Source of the DNA: Gemmatimonadota bacterium
GTDB taxonomy: Bacteria; Gemmatimonadota; Gemmatimonadetes; Gemmatimonadales; GWC2-71-9
Direction: 5' to 3'
Assembly (NCBI GenBank): GCA_039591655.1
Contig: JBDHDE010000004.1
Location: 11,130-75,129, forward strand
DNA: 64,000 bases
In this document: positions 9,270 to 18,663 of the stretch, in pieces
How the letters are laid out: each line of letters opens with the position of its first letter
How positions within the stretch are numbered: the stretch's first letter is position 1
Notes under the pieces: generated by a model
Databases searched by the model: none
What the model saw: the letters and a program-made list of their open reading frames with translations, nothing else
Told to the model about the DNA's origin: nothing
Made by a program: the position numbers and the translations under genes

Positions 9270-11228
9270 TCAGCTACCTCCCGCCTCGCTCAGGACGATC
9301 TCGTTGAACGTCGCCGGATTTGCGGCGTAGCTCCGCCGCGACAAGGCGTAGATTGTACGACTTCCGTTAACCGTCACGGCAACGGTGAAGTTCATGCGCA
9401 GCGCGTTGCCGGCGGCGAGAGGGATGGCGATCTCCGCCTGGTAGCCGTCCGCCATCCGGCGGGCCGCGTAGCGAAGCCCCTGTGCCACTTCGGAAAGCGG
9501 ACCCACGGGATCCCGCCCGAAAGTCGAGATCTGGAACTCGGAGAACGTGAGCCGCCGGTTGTCGCCGAGCCACTTTGCGACGAAGGCCCCGGGGTCCAGT
9601 GACCGGGCGAGTACGGTGGCCTCGCCGCTCTCGGCTGGTGGAGCGAACAGGAGGATCAGGTCGTTGCGGTCGAGCTCTGTCCGCCCGCTCGCAGTATCGC
9701 TCTGCACCACCAGTGCGAAGTGGTCGCCCTCGCCGATGCGATTCCCGGATTCCACCTGCGGCGGATCTCCCCGCACCTCGAGGGCCATGTAGAGGTGGCC
9801 ACCGTCGTGGCCCAGTGCGACTTGAGGCAAGGTGCCCTGCGCCGATCCGGGTCTGATGAACAGCTGCCAGTCTGCCTGGGCCCACTCCTGCGGGTCGCCG
9901 TCCACGGTGACGGATGCCGGCGCGCGCCCGACGGTGATCCGGTCCAATTCGGCGCGGTAAGCGATCTCTCGAACCGTGCGCACGTAAGCCGCGCTACGTG
10001 TGACGCTGCCAATTCGGCGAGAGGTGCGCTCTACAATGGGCCTCAGTTCTTCGATCAGTGCCCGCAGTTCGGCGTTCCCCGCAGCGGCGGAGTCGAGCAG
10101 TGTGAGGGAACGCTCCAACTGGAGTGACGCCGCTATCGGGGACGAGAGGGTGAACTCATTGTTCGGTATGAACAGACGCTCGAACACGTTGTTGTGCCAA
10201 GCGTAATCACCGTACGCCCGCAAGAACGTCTCCAGTAGCGGCAGGACATCGGGGCCGTACAACTGCTCCACGGCGCGAGCCCTCGCGCTATCGGGATCGT
10301 AGCCCTGCGGATCCCGGACGTACTCGGCCAGCGTGGCTAGGGGGAGCATCGAGGCGTGGGCCTGGTTCATGGGATTCGCCACGATGCCTGCCACGGCCGA
10401 TCCAAGGTCGGGCGCGCGGTAGCGCACGGGCCCCAGGAAGAGCCGCCAGCGGGCGAAGTCGTTCACGGGGTAGTTGTCCCACACGAGCGGCTTGCGCGAG
10501 ATCAGCTCGCCCCATTCCCGGGCCTGCTCGGCCGTGATCTCTGGGGCGGCCACGTCGATCCCGGTCCAGAAGAACGGCACATCTTCGTGTACGCCTTCCC
10601 CGAGTTGCCTGAGGTACTCCCTGTCCCCCCAGGCATTGGTGTAGGTCGTGGGCGTGACGGTCAGGGTGCCGCCCCGGCCGGCCAGGTCCTCGTGTAGGTG
10701 ATTGATCAGCTGTACGTGTGCTTCGGCAAGACTGGTGAACGCCTGCTTGTCGGCCTCGTGCTGCAGGTTCGGTGGGACGTCGTCCAGGAACAGCGCGAAG
10801 TGCCGGACCCCGAGGGCCCACACCGTGTTGAGCTTCCCCGCCAGGAGCTGGAAGTCCCCGGAGTCGGCGTACACCATGCTCCCACCGGGGCTGATAGCGT
10901 AGACGAAAGTGACGCCGCTTGAATCGGCAGTCCGCACTGCCTGCTCCAGCAGAGTGAACTCCATCGGGGAATAGGGCTCCCGCCACCGCTGCCGGTGGTA
11001 CGGATCGTCCTTCGGCGCGTAGTAGTAGGTGGTGAGGCCGACCCGGCCCATGAACCGCAGCACGTCCAGCCGATCCTGGTGCGACCACGGAGAGCCGTAG
11101 AAGCCCTCGACGACGCCGGTCTGGCCGAAGGCCCCACTCTGGGTCTGGCTCTCACCGCAACCGGCGAGCAGAGACAGCAACACGCAACTCGAGACGAGCC
11201 GCCGGGCGACTGGAAGCGCTGTAATCAT
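9270..11228 (-). CDS. GH84 beta-N-acetylglucosaminidase (O-GlcNAcase/NagJ-like) lipoprotein with a C-terminal CBM9/DOMON-like domain
   Basis: GVVEGFYG, YAPKDD, catalytic FLDD, WDNYPVND, NPM; lipobox LAGC; VDGDPQEW begins the C-terminal domain. Confidence 0.88.
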   Translation of the reverse strand: MITALPVARRLVSSCVLLSLLAGCGESQTQSGAFGQTGVVEGFYGSPWSHQDRLDVLRFMGRVGLTTYYYAPKDDPYHRQRWREPYSPMEFTLLEQAVRTADSSGVTFVYAISPGGSMVYADSGDFQLLAGKLNTVWALGVRHFALFLDDVPPNLQHEADKQAFTSLAEAHVQLINHLHEDLAGRGGTLTVTPTTYTNAWGDREYLRQLGEGVHEDVPFFWTGIDVAAPEITAEQAREWGELISRKPLVWDNYPVNDFARWRLFLGPVRYRAPDLGSAVAGIVANPMNQAHASMLPLATLAEYVRDPQGYDPDSARARAVEQLYGPDVLPLLETFLRAYGDYAWHNNVFERLFIPNNEFTLSSPIAASLQLERSLTLLDSAAAGNAELRALIEELRPIVERTSRRIGSVTRSAAYVRTVREIAYRAELDRITVGRAPASVTVDGDPQEWAQADWQLFIRPGSAQGTLPQVALGHDGGHLYMALEVRGDPPQVESGNRIGEGDHFALVVQSDTASGRTELDRNDLILLFAPPAESGEATVLARSLDPGAFVAKWLGDNRRLTFSEFQISTFGRDPVGPLSEVAQGLRYAARRMADGYQAEIAIPLAAGNALRMNFTVAVTVNGSRTIYALSRRSYAANPATFNEIVLSEAGGS

Positions 11229-11343
11229 GGCACTAGGGGGTAGACGGTGGGATGGTTATAGCCATGACCCTATGATACCCGGTAACGGCTGGGTGCGCTA
11301 AATTCTCGTGCACGTCTAACTGATCTCGAACCGGAGAAGGCAC

Positions 11344-12504
11344 GTGGGTCAACCGTCATCCCGTCCTGCCGCCCCGCGCTCGGACCCACCGGAGCGCCTG
11401 CTCATGGGCCCGGGGCCGTCCAACCCGGACCCGCGCGTACTCGAGGCGATGGCACGCCGCATGGTGGGGCATCTCGATCCGTACTTTCTGGAGGTGATGG
11501 ACGAGACGATGGCCATGCTCCGGGCCGTGTACCGGACGGAGAATCACCACACCATTCCCATGTCGGGCACCGGGACCTCCGGGCTCGAGACCATCATGCT
11601 GAACCTGCTCGAGTCGGGTGACGAGGCGGTGATCGGCGTGATCGGCTACTTCGGCCAGCGACTTCAGGAGATGGCGGAGCGCGCCGGTGCTACGGTGCGG
11701 GTTATCGAGTCACCCTTCGGGGAGATCATTGCGCCCGAGCGGTTCGAGCAGGAGCTGAAGCAGAGACCTGCCAAGCTGGTGGCGCTGGTGCATGCGGAGA
11801 CCTCCACCGGTGCCGCGCAGCCAGTGCCGGAGGTCGCTGAGATCGCGCGCCGCCACGGTGCCCTGATCGCCATCGACTGCGTGACATCCCTGGCCGGGAT
11901 GCCGGTGGAGGTCGATGCCTGGGGCATCGACGCGGCGGGCTCCTGCAGCCAGAAGTGCATCGGGGCGCCGCCGGGGCTCGGACCGGTGACGTTTGGACCC
12001 CGTGCCATGGATGTGGTCCGCAGTCGCAAGACCAAGCCGTCCACCTGGTACCTCGACCTCAGCCTGCTGTTTGCGTACTGGGGGGAGCGGGGCGGGGAGC
12101 GGCAGCGAGCGTTCCATCACACAGCGCCCGTCTCCAGCATCTACGCCTTCCACGAGGCGCTGCGGCTCATCCTGGAAGAGGGACTCGAGGTCCGCTGGGA
12201 GCGCCACTGTAAGGCGCATGACCTGCTCGTGCGGGGGCTCGACAAGATCGGGCTTTCCCTGTTCACCCCGGCGTCGCACCGCCTGCCGATGCTGAACGTC
12301 GTCAACATCCCCGATGGAGTGGACGACGCCGCGGTGCGGGCGGCGCTGCTCGAGCGCGGCATCGAGATCTCCGGTGGGTTCGGGCCGCTCAAGGGGAAGA
12401 CCTGGCGCGTGGGGTTGATGGGGGTGAACGCCGACTCGGGAAGGATCGAGCGGCTCCTCGGTGCGCTGGAGGAAGTGTTGAGGGGGCTGGGGTGGAGTGG
12501 GTAG
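11344..12504 (+). CDS. Class V aminotransferase (alanine-glyoxylate / serine-pyruvate family)
   Basis: LLMGPGPS, VHAETSTG, DCVTS, SQK PLP lysine, HHTAP, WRVGLMG. Confidence 0.92.
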   Translation: MGQPSSRPAAPRSDPPERLLMGPGPSNPDPRVLEAMARRMVGHLDPYFLEVMDETMAMLRAVYRTENHHTIPMSGTGTSGLETIMLNLLESGDEAVIGVIGYFGQRLQEMAERAGATVRVIESPFGEIIAPERFEQELKQRPAKLVALVHAETSTGAAQPVPEVAEIARRHGALIAIDCVTSLAGMPVEVDAWGIDAAGSCSQKCIGAPPGLGPVTFGPRAMDVVRSRKTKPSTWYLDLSLLFAYWGERGGERQRAFHHTAPVSSIYAFHEALRLILEEGLEVRWERHCKAHDLLVRGLDKIGLSLFTPASHRLPMLNVVNIPDGVDDAAVRAALLERGIEISGGFGPLKGKTWRVGLMGVNADSGRIERLLGALEEVLRGLGWSG

Positions 12505-12694
12505 TGGGCGCTCGTGTCATGGACAACGGGCGCAACGCCGGCGGGGAGAGATCCCGGCCGGCGCTTGCGTTCTCGGCCTGCTGTCTGGCCACGTGCCTGA
12601 CCCGAGCGCCATATTGGCGGCAGGCGCCCATGCGGCGCCTAGGTAGTGTCCTGGCCGACCGATGCTTCCCTCATCTCCTGAGGCGCTGAGACGC

Positions 12695-13132
12695 ATGCGA
12701 CGAGACCCAACGAGTCCTCCCATTCTGCTGCACCTGGAGGGGGCGGCCATGCTCGCCGTGGCGCTCCTGCTGTACCGCGAGCTCGGCCAGAGCTGGTGGG
12801 TGTTCGTGCTGCTGTTTCTGGCACCAGACCTATCGCTGTTCGGGTATTTCGCGGGGAAGCAGGTCGGTGCGGTTGTGTACAACGTGGTGCACACCTATGT
12901 CCTGCCGGCAGGGCTCTTCGTGCTGGGGTTCGCCGCGGAGGGCGGTCTCGTGATGGGGCTCGCCCTGATCTGGGCGGCGCACATCGGGTTCGACCGGCTG
13001 CTGGGGTTCGGGCTCAAGTACCCGGTGGTATTCAGGCCCACCCACATGCAGCAGGTCAGGGTGGCTCCCGAGCCGGTTGCCCTACCGGCCGACGATCCAG
13101 TGCCGGAGTCCTGGGTGGCGCCTGACGAGTAG
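12695..13132 (+). CDS. DUF4260-family membrane protein
   Basis: LEG, LFLAPDLS, YNVVH, WAAHIGFDRLLGFGLKY, TH motifs. Confidence 0.8.
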   Translation: MRRDPTSPPILLHLEGAAMLAVALLLYRELGQSWWVFVLLFLAPDLSLFGYFAGKQVGAVVYNVVHTYVLPAGLFVLGFAAEGGLVMGLALIWAAHIGFDRLLGFGLKYPVVFRPTHMQQVRVAPEPVALPADDPVPESWVAPDE

Positions 13133-13211
13133 CGTAGGAGCCTGCCGGAGCCCTGGGACGGAGCCGGCGTCGCGGGCCTTCGGAGCCGGCGTCGTGCGCT
13201 GAGGAGAGAGC

Positions 13212-13238
13212 GGGGCGCCGCGCATCGCGCGACGCCCC
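13212..13238 (-). terminator. GC-rich hairpin between convergent genes, possible terminator
   Basis: On the minus strand GGGGCGTCGCGC-GAT-GCGCGGCGCCCC forms a 12-bp stem with one U-G pair; pyrimidine-rich tail but no clean U tract. Confidence 0.45.
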
Positions 13239-13275
13239 CCGTTCGTTCGAGTGGGTGGGAAGCTCTCTGGTACCC

Positions 13276-15249
13276 TCAAGTCCGCTCCCACAGGTTGTTG
13301 TCCCGATCCACGTCGGGGAAGTGGCCCTCGGCGTCGATCTCGACTTTCACCACTGGCGAATCAGTCTGTAGCTCGATCTCGGCCCTGGTGTGTCCCTCGA
13401 GCCACCACTCCACCGGAACCTCGCGCGACAGGACGTCGCCGTTGGCCAGCGTGATCGTGACGCGGGCCGGCATGGGGACGAGCCCGTTGTCCTCGATGTG
13501 GACAGTCGTGCGATCGCCGCTGCTGACCACGTCGCCCACCGACTGGTCCAACGTCCAGGTCTCGAAGTACCAGCTGCGCCAGAACCACCAGAGGTCCTGC
13601 CCGCTCACCGCGTTGAACGTGCTGAAGAAGTCCCACGGCTTGGGGTGCTTGAAGGACCAATTCCGCAAGTACGTGCGGTATGCCTCGAGGAAGGTCTCCT
13701 CGCCCAGCAGGCCGCGCAGCGTGGCGAGCATGGTCCCGGGCTTGGGGTAGGAGGCCACGCCGAACGCTCCGCCCTGGTACTGGTAGTCAGACCACCGCAT
13801 GATCTCGCCTTCCTGCCCGGTTCGAGCGAACGATGCGTAGCCTTCCCGGTCTCCAACGTCCCAGTTTCGGCCAGGGTAGAACTCCTTCATCGCCTGGTTG
13901 GTGTTGAACACGGTGGTGCCCTCGTCCATCCAGGAACGGCGCCGCTCGTCGTTTCCCACGATCATCGGCACCCACATGTGGGCAATCTCGTGCGTGTGCA
14001 CGCCGTACAGGCCCGTGTCGCTGGCCTCGTTGTAGTCGCCGATGAGCGTGAGCATCGGGAACTCCATCCCGCCGCCCATGATCCCGCCACCTTCGACCGA
14101 CGTCATGTGGGGCCAGGGGTAGAACACCTGCGTCCAGCGCGAGTGGTAGTCGACGCTGTGCTGCGTGTAGCGCCAGGCGTGCTCCCACTTGGGCGCGCTC
14201 TCGCGCCAGAAAGACTGGGCGCGGGCGTAGTCCATCTCCCCGTCCCCGTCGCGGTCGCCCACGGGAGTACGGGTGGCGTCCCACCGCGACTCCCGCGCGG
14301 CCAGGAACGCTACGTCCCGCACGCTGTCGGCTACGAAGTGCCAAGAGAGGTACCCGGTGGGCGAGGTCAGTGTCGCCGTGCCGGGGCCGAAGTCCTCCGG
14401 TGTGAGAACGTGGACCACCGTATCGCTGCGGTCGGCCCGGGCGATCCGCTCGAGAATGGGCGCGGGGAACACCTCCTCGGCATTCTGCAGCTCGCCCGCG
14501 GCCATGATCACCCAACCCTCGGGCGCTTCCAGCGTCAGGTCGTAGGTGCCGTAGCCCATGTAGAACTCGGCGCGGCCCAGGTACTGGTCTGTGTGCCACC
14601 GGATCACGTCGTCGTATACCGCCATCTGGGGATACCAGTACGCGATGTAGAACAGGTTATCCTCGTTCCACCCCATGCGGCCGCTGGCTCCGCGCTGGGG
14701 CACCGTGAAGCCCCACTCGATCTCCAGCTCGACGGAGTCGCCGGGGCTCACCGGGCTCGGCGGCCGCACCTGCATGACCGTGCCGAAAACCCGGTAGCTT
14801 CCGCGCGGCCGGCGCCCCTCCTCCAGCGTGTCGCCCGCTGCCATCACGCGCTTCAGCTCGATCCCGCCGCTCACCTCCAGGGGAATGTTGCGCAGTGCGC
14901 CCTCGGCGTGGGCGTTCTGGATGAGCTGTAGGAACAGCACCGGAAGCGGATTGGGCGAGTTGTTGTGATACACGATCCGCACCGTCCCGTCGATCCGTCT
15001 CTCGTCGGGATCGAGGCGCGCCTGAATCGTGTAGTCGGTCCATTGCTGCCAGTAGCTGGGGCCGGGCTCCCCCGTGGGGCTCCGCGTGCCGTTCTCCAGG
15101 GCCTGCTGGTAGGGCGCAGAGATCTCTATAGGGTAGGGGATGGGCCGGCGCTGCTCGTCTGTGGCCGGGTGGCTCTGTGCAGCCGCGCTGCCGGCGGTGC
15201 CGATCACGAAGAACAGGCATGGGACTGCGGCCCACGGGGTGCGGGTCAT
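13276..15249 (-). CDS. M1 family metallo-aminopeptidase, exported
   Basis: GGMEFP, HEIAH followed by WMDEG, YPK; signal peptide after MTRTP. Confidence 0.9.
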   Translation of the reverse strand: MTRTPWAAVPCLFFVIGTAGSAAAQSHPATDEQRRPIPYPIEISAPYQQALENGTRSPTGEPGPSYWQQWTDYTIQARLDPDERRIDGTVRIVYHNNSPNPLPVLFLQLIQNAHAEGALRNIPLEVSGGIELKRVMAAGDTLEEGRRPRGSYRVFGTVMQVRPPSPVSPGDSVELEIEWGFTVPQRGASGRMGWNEDNLFYIAYWYPQMAVYDDVIRWHTDQYLGRAEFYMGYGTYDLTLEAPEGWVIMAAGELQNAEEVFPAPILERIARADRSDTVVHVLTPEDFGPGTATLTSPTGYLSWHFVADSVRDVAFLAARESRWDATRTPVGDRDGDGEMDYARAQSFWRESAPKWEHAWRYTQHSVDYHSRWTQVFYPWPHMTSVEGGGIMGGGMEFPMLTLIGDYNEASDTGLYGVHTHEIAHMWVPMIVGNDERRRSWMDEGTTVFNTNQAMKEFYPGRNWDVGDREGYASFARTGQEGEIMRWSDYQYQGGAFGVASYPKPGTMLATLRGLLGEETFLEAYRTYLRNWSFKHPKPWDFFSTFNAVSGQDLWWFWRSWYFETWTLDQSVGDVVSSGDRTTVHIEDNGLVPMPARVTITLANGDVLSREVPVEWWLEGHTRAEIELQTDSPVVKVEIDAEGHFPDVDRDNNLWERT

Positions 15250-15345
15250 GGCGGTCTCTCTCTGGCTAGGGTTCACGGGTCAACGCGTTCACGGCGACGG
15301 GCTCCGCCCGGCAGCCCGGATGAGGGCTGTCACCTTGCTCTTTTC

Positions 15346-15372
15346 AACGGAGATGCCGGGTGCATGGTTTCA
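15346..15372 (-). promoter_or_regulatory. ECF-sigma-like promoter for the M1 peptidase
   Basis: TGAAAC-N17-CGTT on the minus strand, about 100 bp upstream of the start. Confidence 0.5.
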
Positions 15373-15496
15373 AGCCGGACCGGCTCGGTGCGACCCCGGG
15401 CGGCCCGCAGGTAACCCGAATAGATTGATCGGGTAAGGCTGGCCCGGTGTGGTAGCAGGCCCACCCTGGGTATCTTTCGTGCCGCACGGAGGGGCT

Positions 15497-16645
15497 GTGA
15501 AGGTCATCGTATTGGGTGGTGGGCGTGTGGGGAGTGCCATCGCGGCCGATCTCGCGGCGGGCGGTGAGTTCGACGTCACGGTCGCCGACCGCTCCCGCGC
15601 AGCCCTCGAGAGAGTCCAGAGCGTCGCTGTGGCGCGCACCGTGGAAGCCGATCTCTCGGCGCCCGAGCGCGTGCGGCAGCTCGCCGGCGAGCACGATCTG
15701 GCGGTGAGCGCGGTGCCCGCCCAGATGGGGTACCGGGTCGTCGAGGCAGCCATCGAGGCCAGCCGGCACGTCGTCGACATCTCCTTCCTGGAAGAGGATC
15801 CGTTTCAGCTCGACGAGCAAGCGCGCCGGCGCGGCGTCATCGCCGTAATGGATGCCGGCGTCTCGCCCGGACTCTCCAACCTCATTCTCGGCTACCTGGA
15901 GGCCACAGCGGAGCGGGTGGACCGCTACGTCTGCTACGTGGGCGGGCTGCCTGAGGACCGCAGTGGCCTGTTCCAGTACAAGGCGCCGTTCTCCCCGGCG
16001 GATGTCATCGAGGTCTACACCCGCCCGGCACGCTACAAGGCAGGGGGAGTGGTCCGCACGGCCCCTGCGCTCTCCGACACTACGAATGTCGAGGTCCCCG
16101 GCGTAGGCCGGCTGGAGGCGTTCCTCACCGACGGCCTCCGGACCCTGTTGGCAGACGACGGGGTGCCCGACATGCGGGAGATGACGCTGCGCTACCCCGG
16201 GCACGCGGGGCAGATGGCGCTGTTGCGGGACATGGGGTTGTTCGCCACGGACCCGCTGGAGCTCGAGGGTGCCACGATACGGCCCAGGGACGTCACGACA
16301 CGGCTGCTCTTTCCCTTCTGGGAGTTCCAACCCGGCGAGGCGGATATCACGGTGCTCCGGGTCGAGGTGGACGCGGTGCGCGGAGGGACGGCGGAGCGGC
16401 ACGTATTCGATCTGTTCGATCGCTACGACGCCGCCACCGACACCAGCTCCATGGGCCGCACCACGGGGTATACCTGCACGGCCATCGTGCGGCTGCTGGC
16501 CCGCGGCCAGTACACCCATCTGGGAGTCTCGCCGCCGGAGCGCGTCGGGCAGGCGCCCGGATGCTTCGAGCGGATCGTGGAGGACCTCGCTGCCCGGGGC
16601 GTGGCGCTGCAACACACTGTGGGGCCGATCGAGGAGGGTCAATGA
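15497..16645 (+). CDS. Saccharopine dehydrogenase / lysine 6-dehydrogenase family oxidoreductase
   Basis: VLGGGRVG Rossmann motif, VDIS, DAGVSPGLSN, VGGLP, EAFLTDGLRTL, TLRYPGH, MGRTTG; GGAGG RBS before GTG. Confidence 0.88.
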   Translation: MKVIVLGGGRVGSAIAADLAAGGEFDVTVADRSRAALERVQSVAVARTVEADLSAPERVRQLAGEHDLAVSAVPAQMGYRVVEAAIEASRHVVDISFLEEDPFQLDEQARRRGVIAVMDAGVSPGLSNLILGYLEATAERVDRYVCYVGGLPEDRSGLFQYKAPFSPADVIEVYTRPARYKAGGVVRTAPALSDTTNVEVPGVGRLEAFLTDGLRTLLADDGVPDMREMTLRYPGHAGQMALLRDMGLFATDPLELEGATIRPRDVTTRLLFPFWEFQPGEADITVLRVEVDAVRGGTAERHVFDLFDRYDAATDTSSMGRTTGYTCTAIVRLLARGQYTHLGVSPPERVGQAPGCFERIVEDLAARGVALQHTVGPIEEGQ

Positions 16646-17403
16646 AGACGCGCGCCACCGTTCATGTGATCGCCGCCGCGTCTCTGTTCTCTCCGCTGGG
16701 TGGGCTCTCGGCCCAGACGGCGCAAGAGATTGTGGACCGGGTGGACCGGATGCTACGGGGCGAGTCGAGCGACGCCACGGTGGTGATGGAGGTGGTGACG
16801 GAGCACTGGGAGCGCACCATGGAGATGCGGATCTGGTCGCTCGGCACCGAGTACTCCCTCATTCGGCTTCTCTCGCCCCAGAAGGACGCGGGCACCGCCA
16901 CGCTCAAGGCCGGCGACGACATCTGGAACTACCTGCCCCGCGTGGACCGCACGATCAAGCTGCCGCCGTCGCTCATGAGCGCCTCCTGGATGGGGTCGCA
17001 CTTCACCAACGACGACCTGGTGAAGGAGAGTCGCATCATCGAGGACTACGACATCGAGATCGGCTTCGAAGGTGTGCGTGACGGGGTGGAGGTGTGGGAG
17101 TTCGTGCTTACGCCGAAGCCCGAGGCGGCCGTGGTATGGGGCCGCATCGAGGAGCAGGTTCGCAAGGACGATCTGCTGCCCGATTGGGCGACCTACTACG
17201 ACGACCGGGGCGAGCTGGCGCGTACCATGACCTTCAGCGACTTCAGGGTGATGGGTGGTCGGCTGGTGCCGGTCCGCATGGACATCGTGCCGGCCGACAA
17301 GCCGGACGAGCGCACGACGATCCTCTATCGAGACCTCGAGTTCGACGTGGATCTGAACGAGGCGTTCTTCTCGCTGCGGCAGCTCCGTAGCGCGGGGCGG
17401 TAG
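16642..17403 (+). CDS. LolA-like outer membrane lipoprotein-sorting family protein
   Basis: Signal peptide; GTATLK, IWNYLP, SWMGSHFTNDDL, FFSLRQL; ATGA overlap with the upstream gene. Confidence 0.85.
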   Translation: MKTRATVHVIAAASLFSPLGGLSAQTAQEIVDRVDRMLRGESSDATVVMEVVTEHWERTMEMRIWSLGTEYSLIRLLSPQKDAGTATLKAGDDIWNYLPRVDRTIKLPPSLMSASWMGSHFTNDDLVKESRIIEDYDIEIGFEGVRDGVEVWEFVLTPKPEAAVVWGRIEEQVRKDDLLPDWATYYDDRGELARTMTFSDFRVMGGRLVPVRMDIVPADKPDERTTILYRDLEFDVDLNEAFFSLRQLRSAGR

Positions 17404-18663
17404 ATGGCCGAGAGCCCGTGGTGGCGCATCGGGTGGCGTAACCTGGGCCGCAACCGGCGGCGCACGGTGGTGACCGCCAGCGCGCTGGCGGTGGGGTACT
17501 TCTCGGTGGTGCTGATGGTCGGTCTCCTCAAGGGACTGGTCGCCGAGATGATCGAGAACGGCACCGGCATCATCACCGGCCAGATCCAGGTGCACGCCGA
17601 GGGCTACCTGCCGGACAAGGAGGTCTACGCCACTATCGGGGGGCGCGACGGAGCCGATGTCGCCGCGCTCGTCGCAGCGGTTGAGGTCGATCCGGAGGTG
17701 CACGCCGCGACGCCACGGGTGTACGGCGGGGGGCTCGTGAGCACCGGGTCCGCCACGGCGGCGGCCCTGTTCTTGGGCGTCGATCCCCAGCGGGAGCCGC
17801 GGGTCTCGAAGCTCATGCGGGGCCTGGAGCGAGGCCGGCACCCCGCGGCGGGCGCGAACGAGATCCTCATCGGCAGCGAGATGGCACGCACCCTCGGGGC
17901 GGAGCCCGGCGACGAGGTGGTGGTCGTGGCCCCCGCCATCGACGGGTCGCTGGGGAACGACCTGTTCATCGTGTCAGGTGTCTTCCACACCGGGCTGGTA
18001 GACCTGGACCGCGCCTTCGCCATTCTGCCCATCGACGTGCTGCAGTTCCTCATAGCGATGCCGCCGTCGCGGATCCACGAGGTCGCCGCGGCGGTGCGCA
18101 GCCCCTGGCGTGCGGTGGAGGCGATGCCGCGCATCCAAACGGGGCTGGCGGAGGCCGGGTTCGACGCGAGCGCCGAGTCGTGGGTCACCCTTCGACCCGA
18201 GATGGTGGACTACGCCAACCTCTCCGAGGCCATGGAGTGGGTGATGCTCCTGATCATCTTCGTGATGGCGATCTTCGGTGTCGCCAACACCATGCTCATG
18301 GCGACCTTCGAGCGGCGCTACGAGTTCGCCCTGCTCTTGGCGCTGGGCACCGCACCTTGGGCCATCGTGAAGTCGGTGCTGTACGAGGCGCTGGCCCTCG
18401 GTGTGATCGCACTGGCTGCCGGTGTGGCGATCACTGCACCCGTGATGGTGTGGTGGTACGAGGCGCCACCGAACGTGAGTTGGCTGTTCGGGGAGTACAC
18501 GCTCTCCGGCGCCCTCATGCGCCCGGTGCTGCGGGTGGAGTACCCGTGGGTCATGGCAGTCGGCGCGGCATTCGCCCTGTTCATCACCGCGGTGCTGGCG
18601 GCCCTCTACCCGGCGGTACGGGCGGCCCGGGTGCCGCCGGCCGACACGTTGAGCGGACGATGA
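17404..18663 (+). CDS. ABC transporter permease (LolC/E, FtsX family)
   Basis: WRNLGRNRRRT, large periplasmic loop, NTMLMATFERRYEF, ALYPA. Confidence 0.9.
   Translation: MAESPWWRIGWRNLGRNRRRTVVTASALAVGYFSVVLMVGLLKGLVAEMIENGTGIITGQIQVHAEGYLPDKEVYATIGGRDGADVAALVAAVEVDPEVHAATPRVYGGGLVSTGSATAAALFLGVDPQREPRVSKLMRGLERGRHPAAGANEILIGSEMARTLGAEPGDEVVVVAPAIDGSLGNDLFIVSGVFHTGLVDLDRAFAILPIDVLQFLIAMPPSRIHEVAAAVRSPWRAVEAMPRIQTGLAEAGFDASAESWVTLRPEMVDYANLSEAMEWVMLLIIFVMAIFGVANTMLMATFERRYEFALLLALGTAPWAIVKSVLYEALALGVIALAAGVAITAPVMVWWYEAPPNVSWLFGEYTLSGALMRPVLRVEYPWVMAVGAAFALFITAVLAALYPAVRAARVPPADTLSGR

Noticed and set aside
13159..13194. 14-bp direct repeat CGGAGCCGGCGTCG, two copies 22 bp apart
   Set aside because: Only two GC-rich copies between convergent genes; too short for CRISPR and not clearly a target-site duplication.
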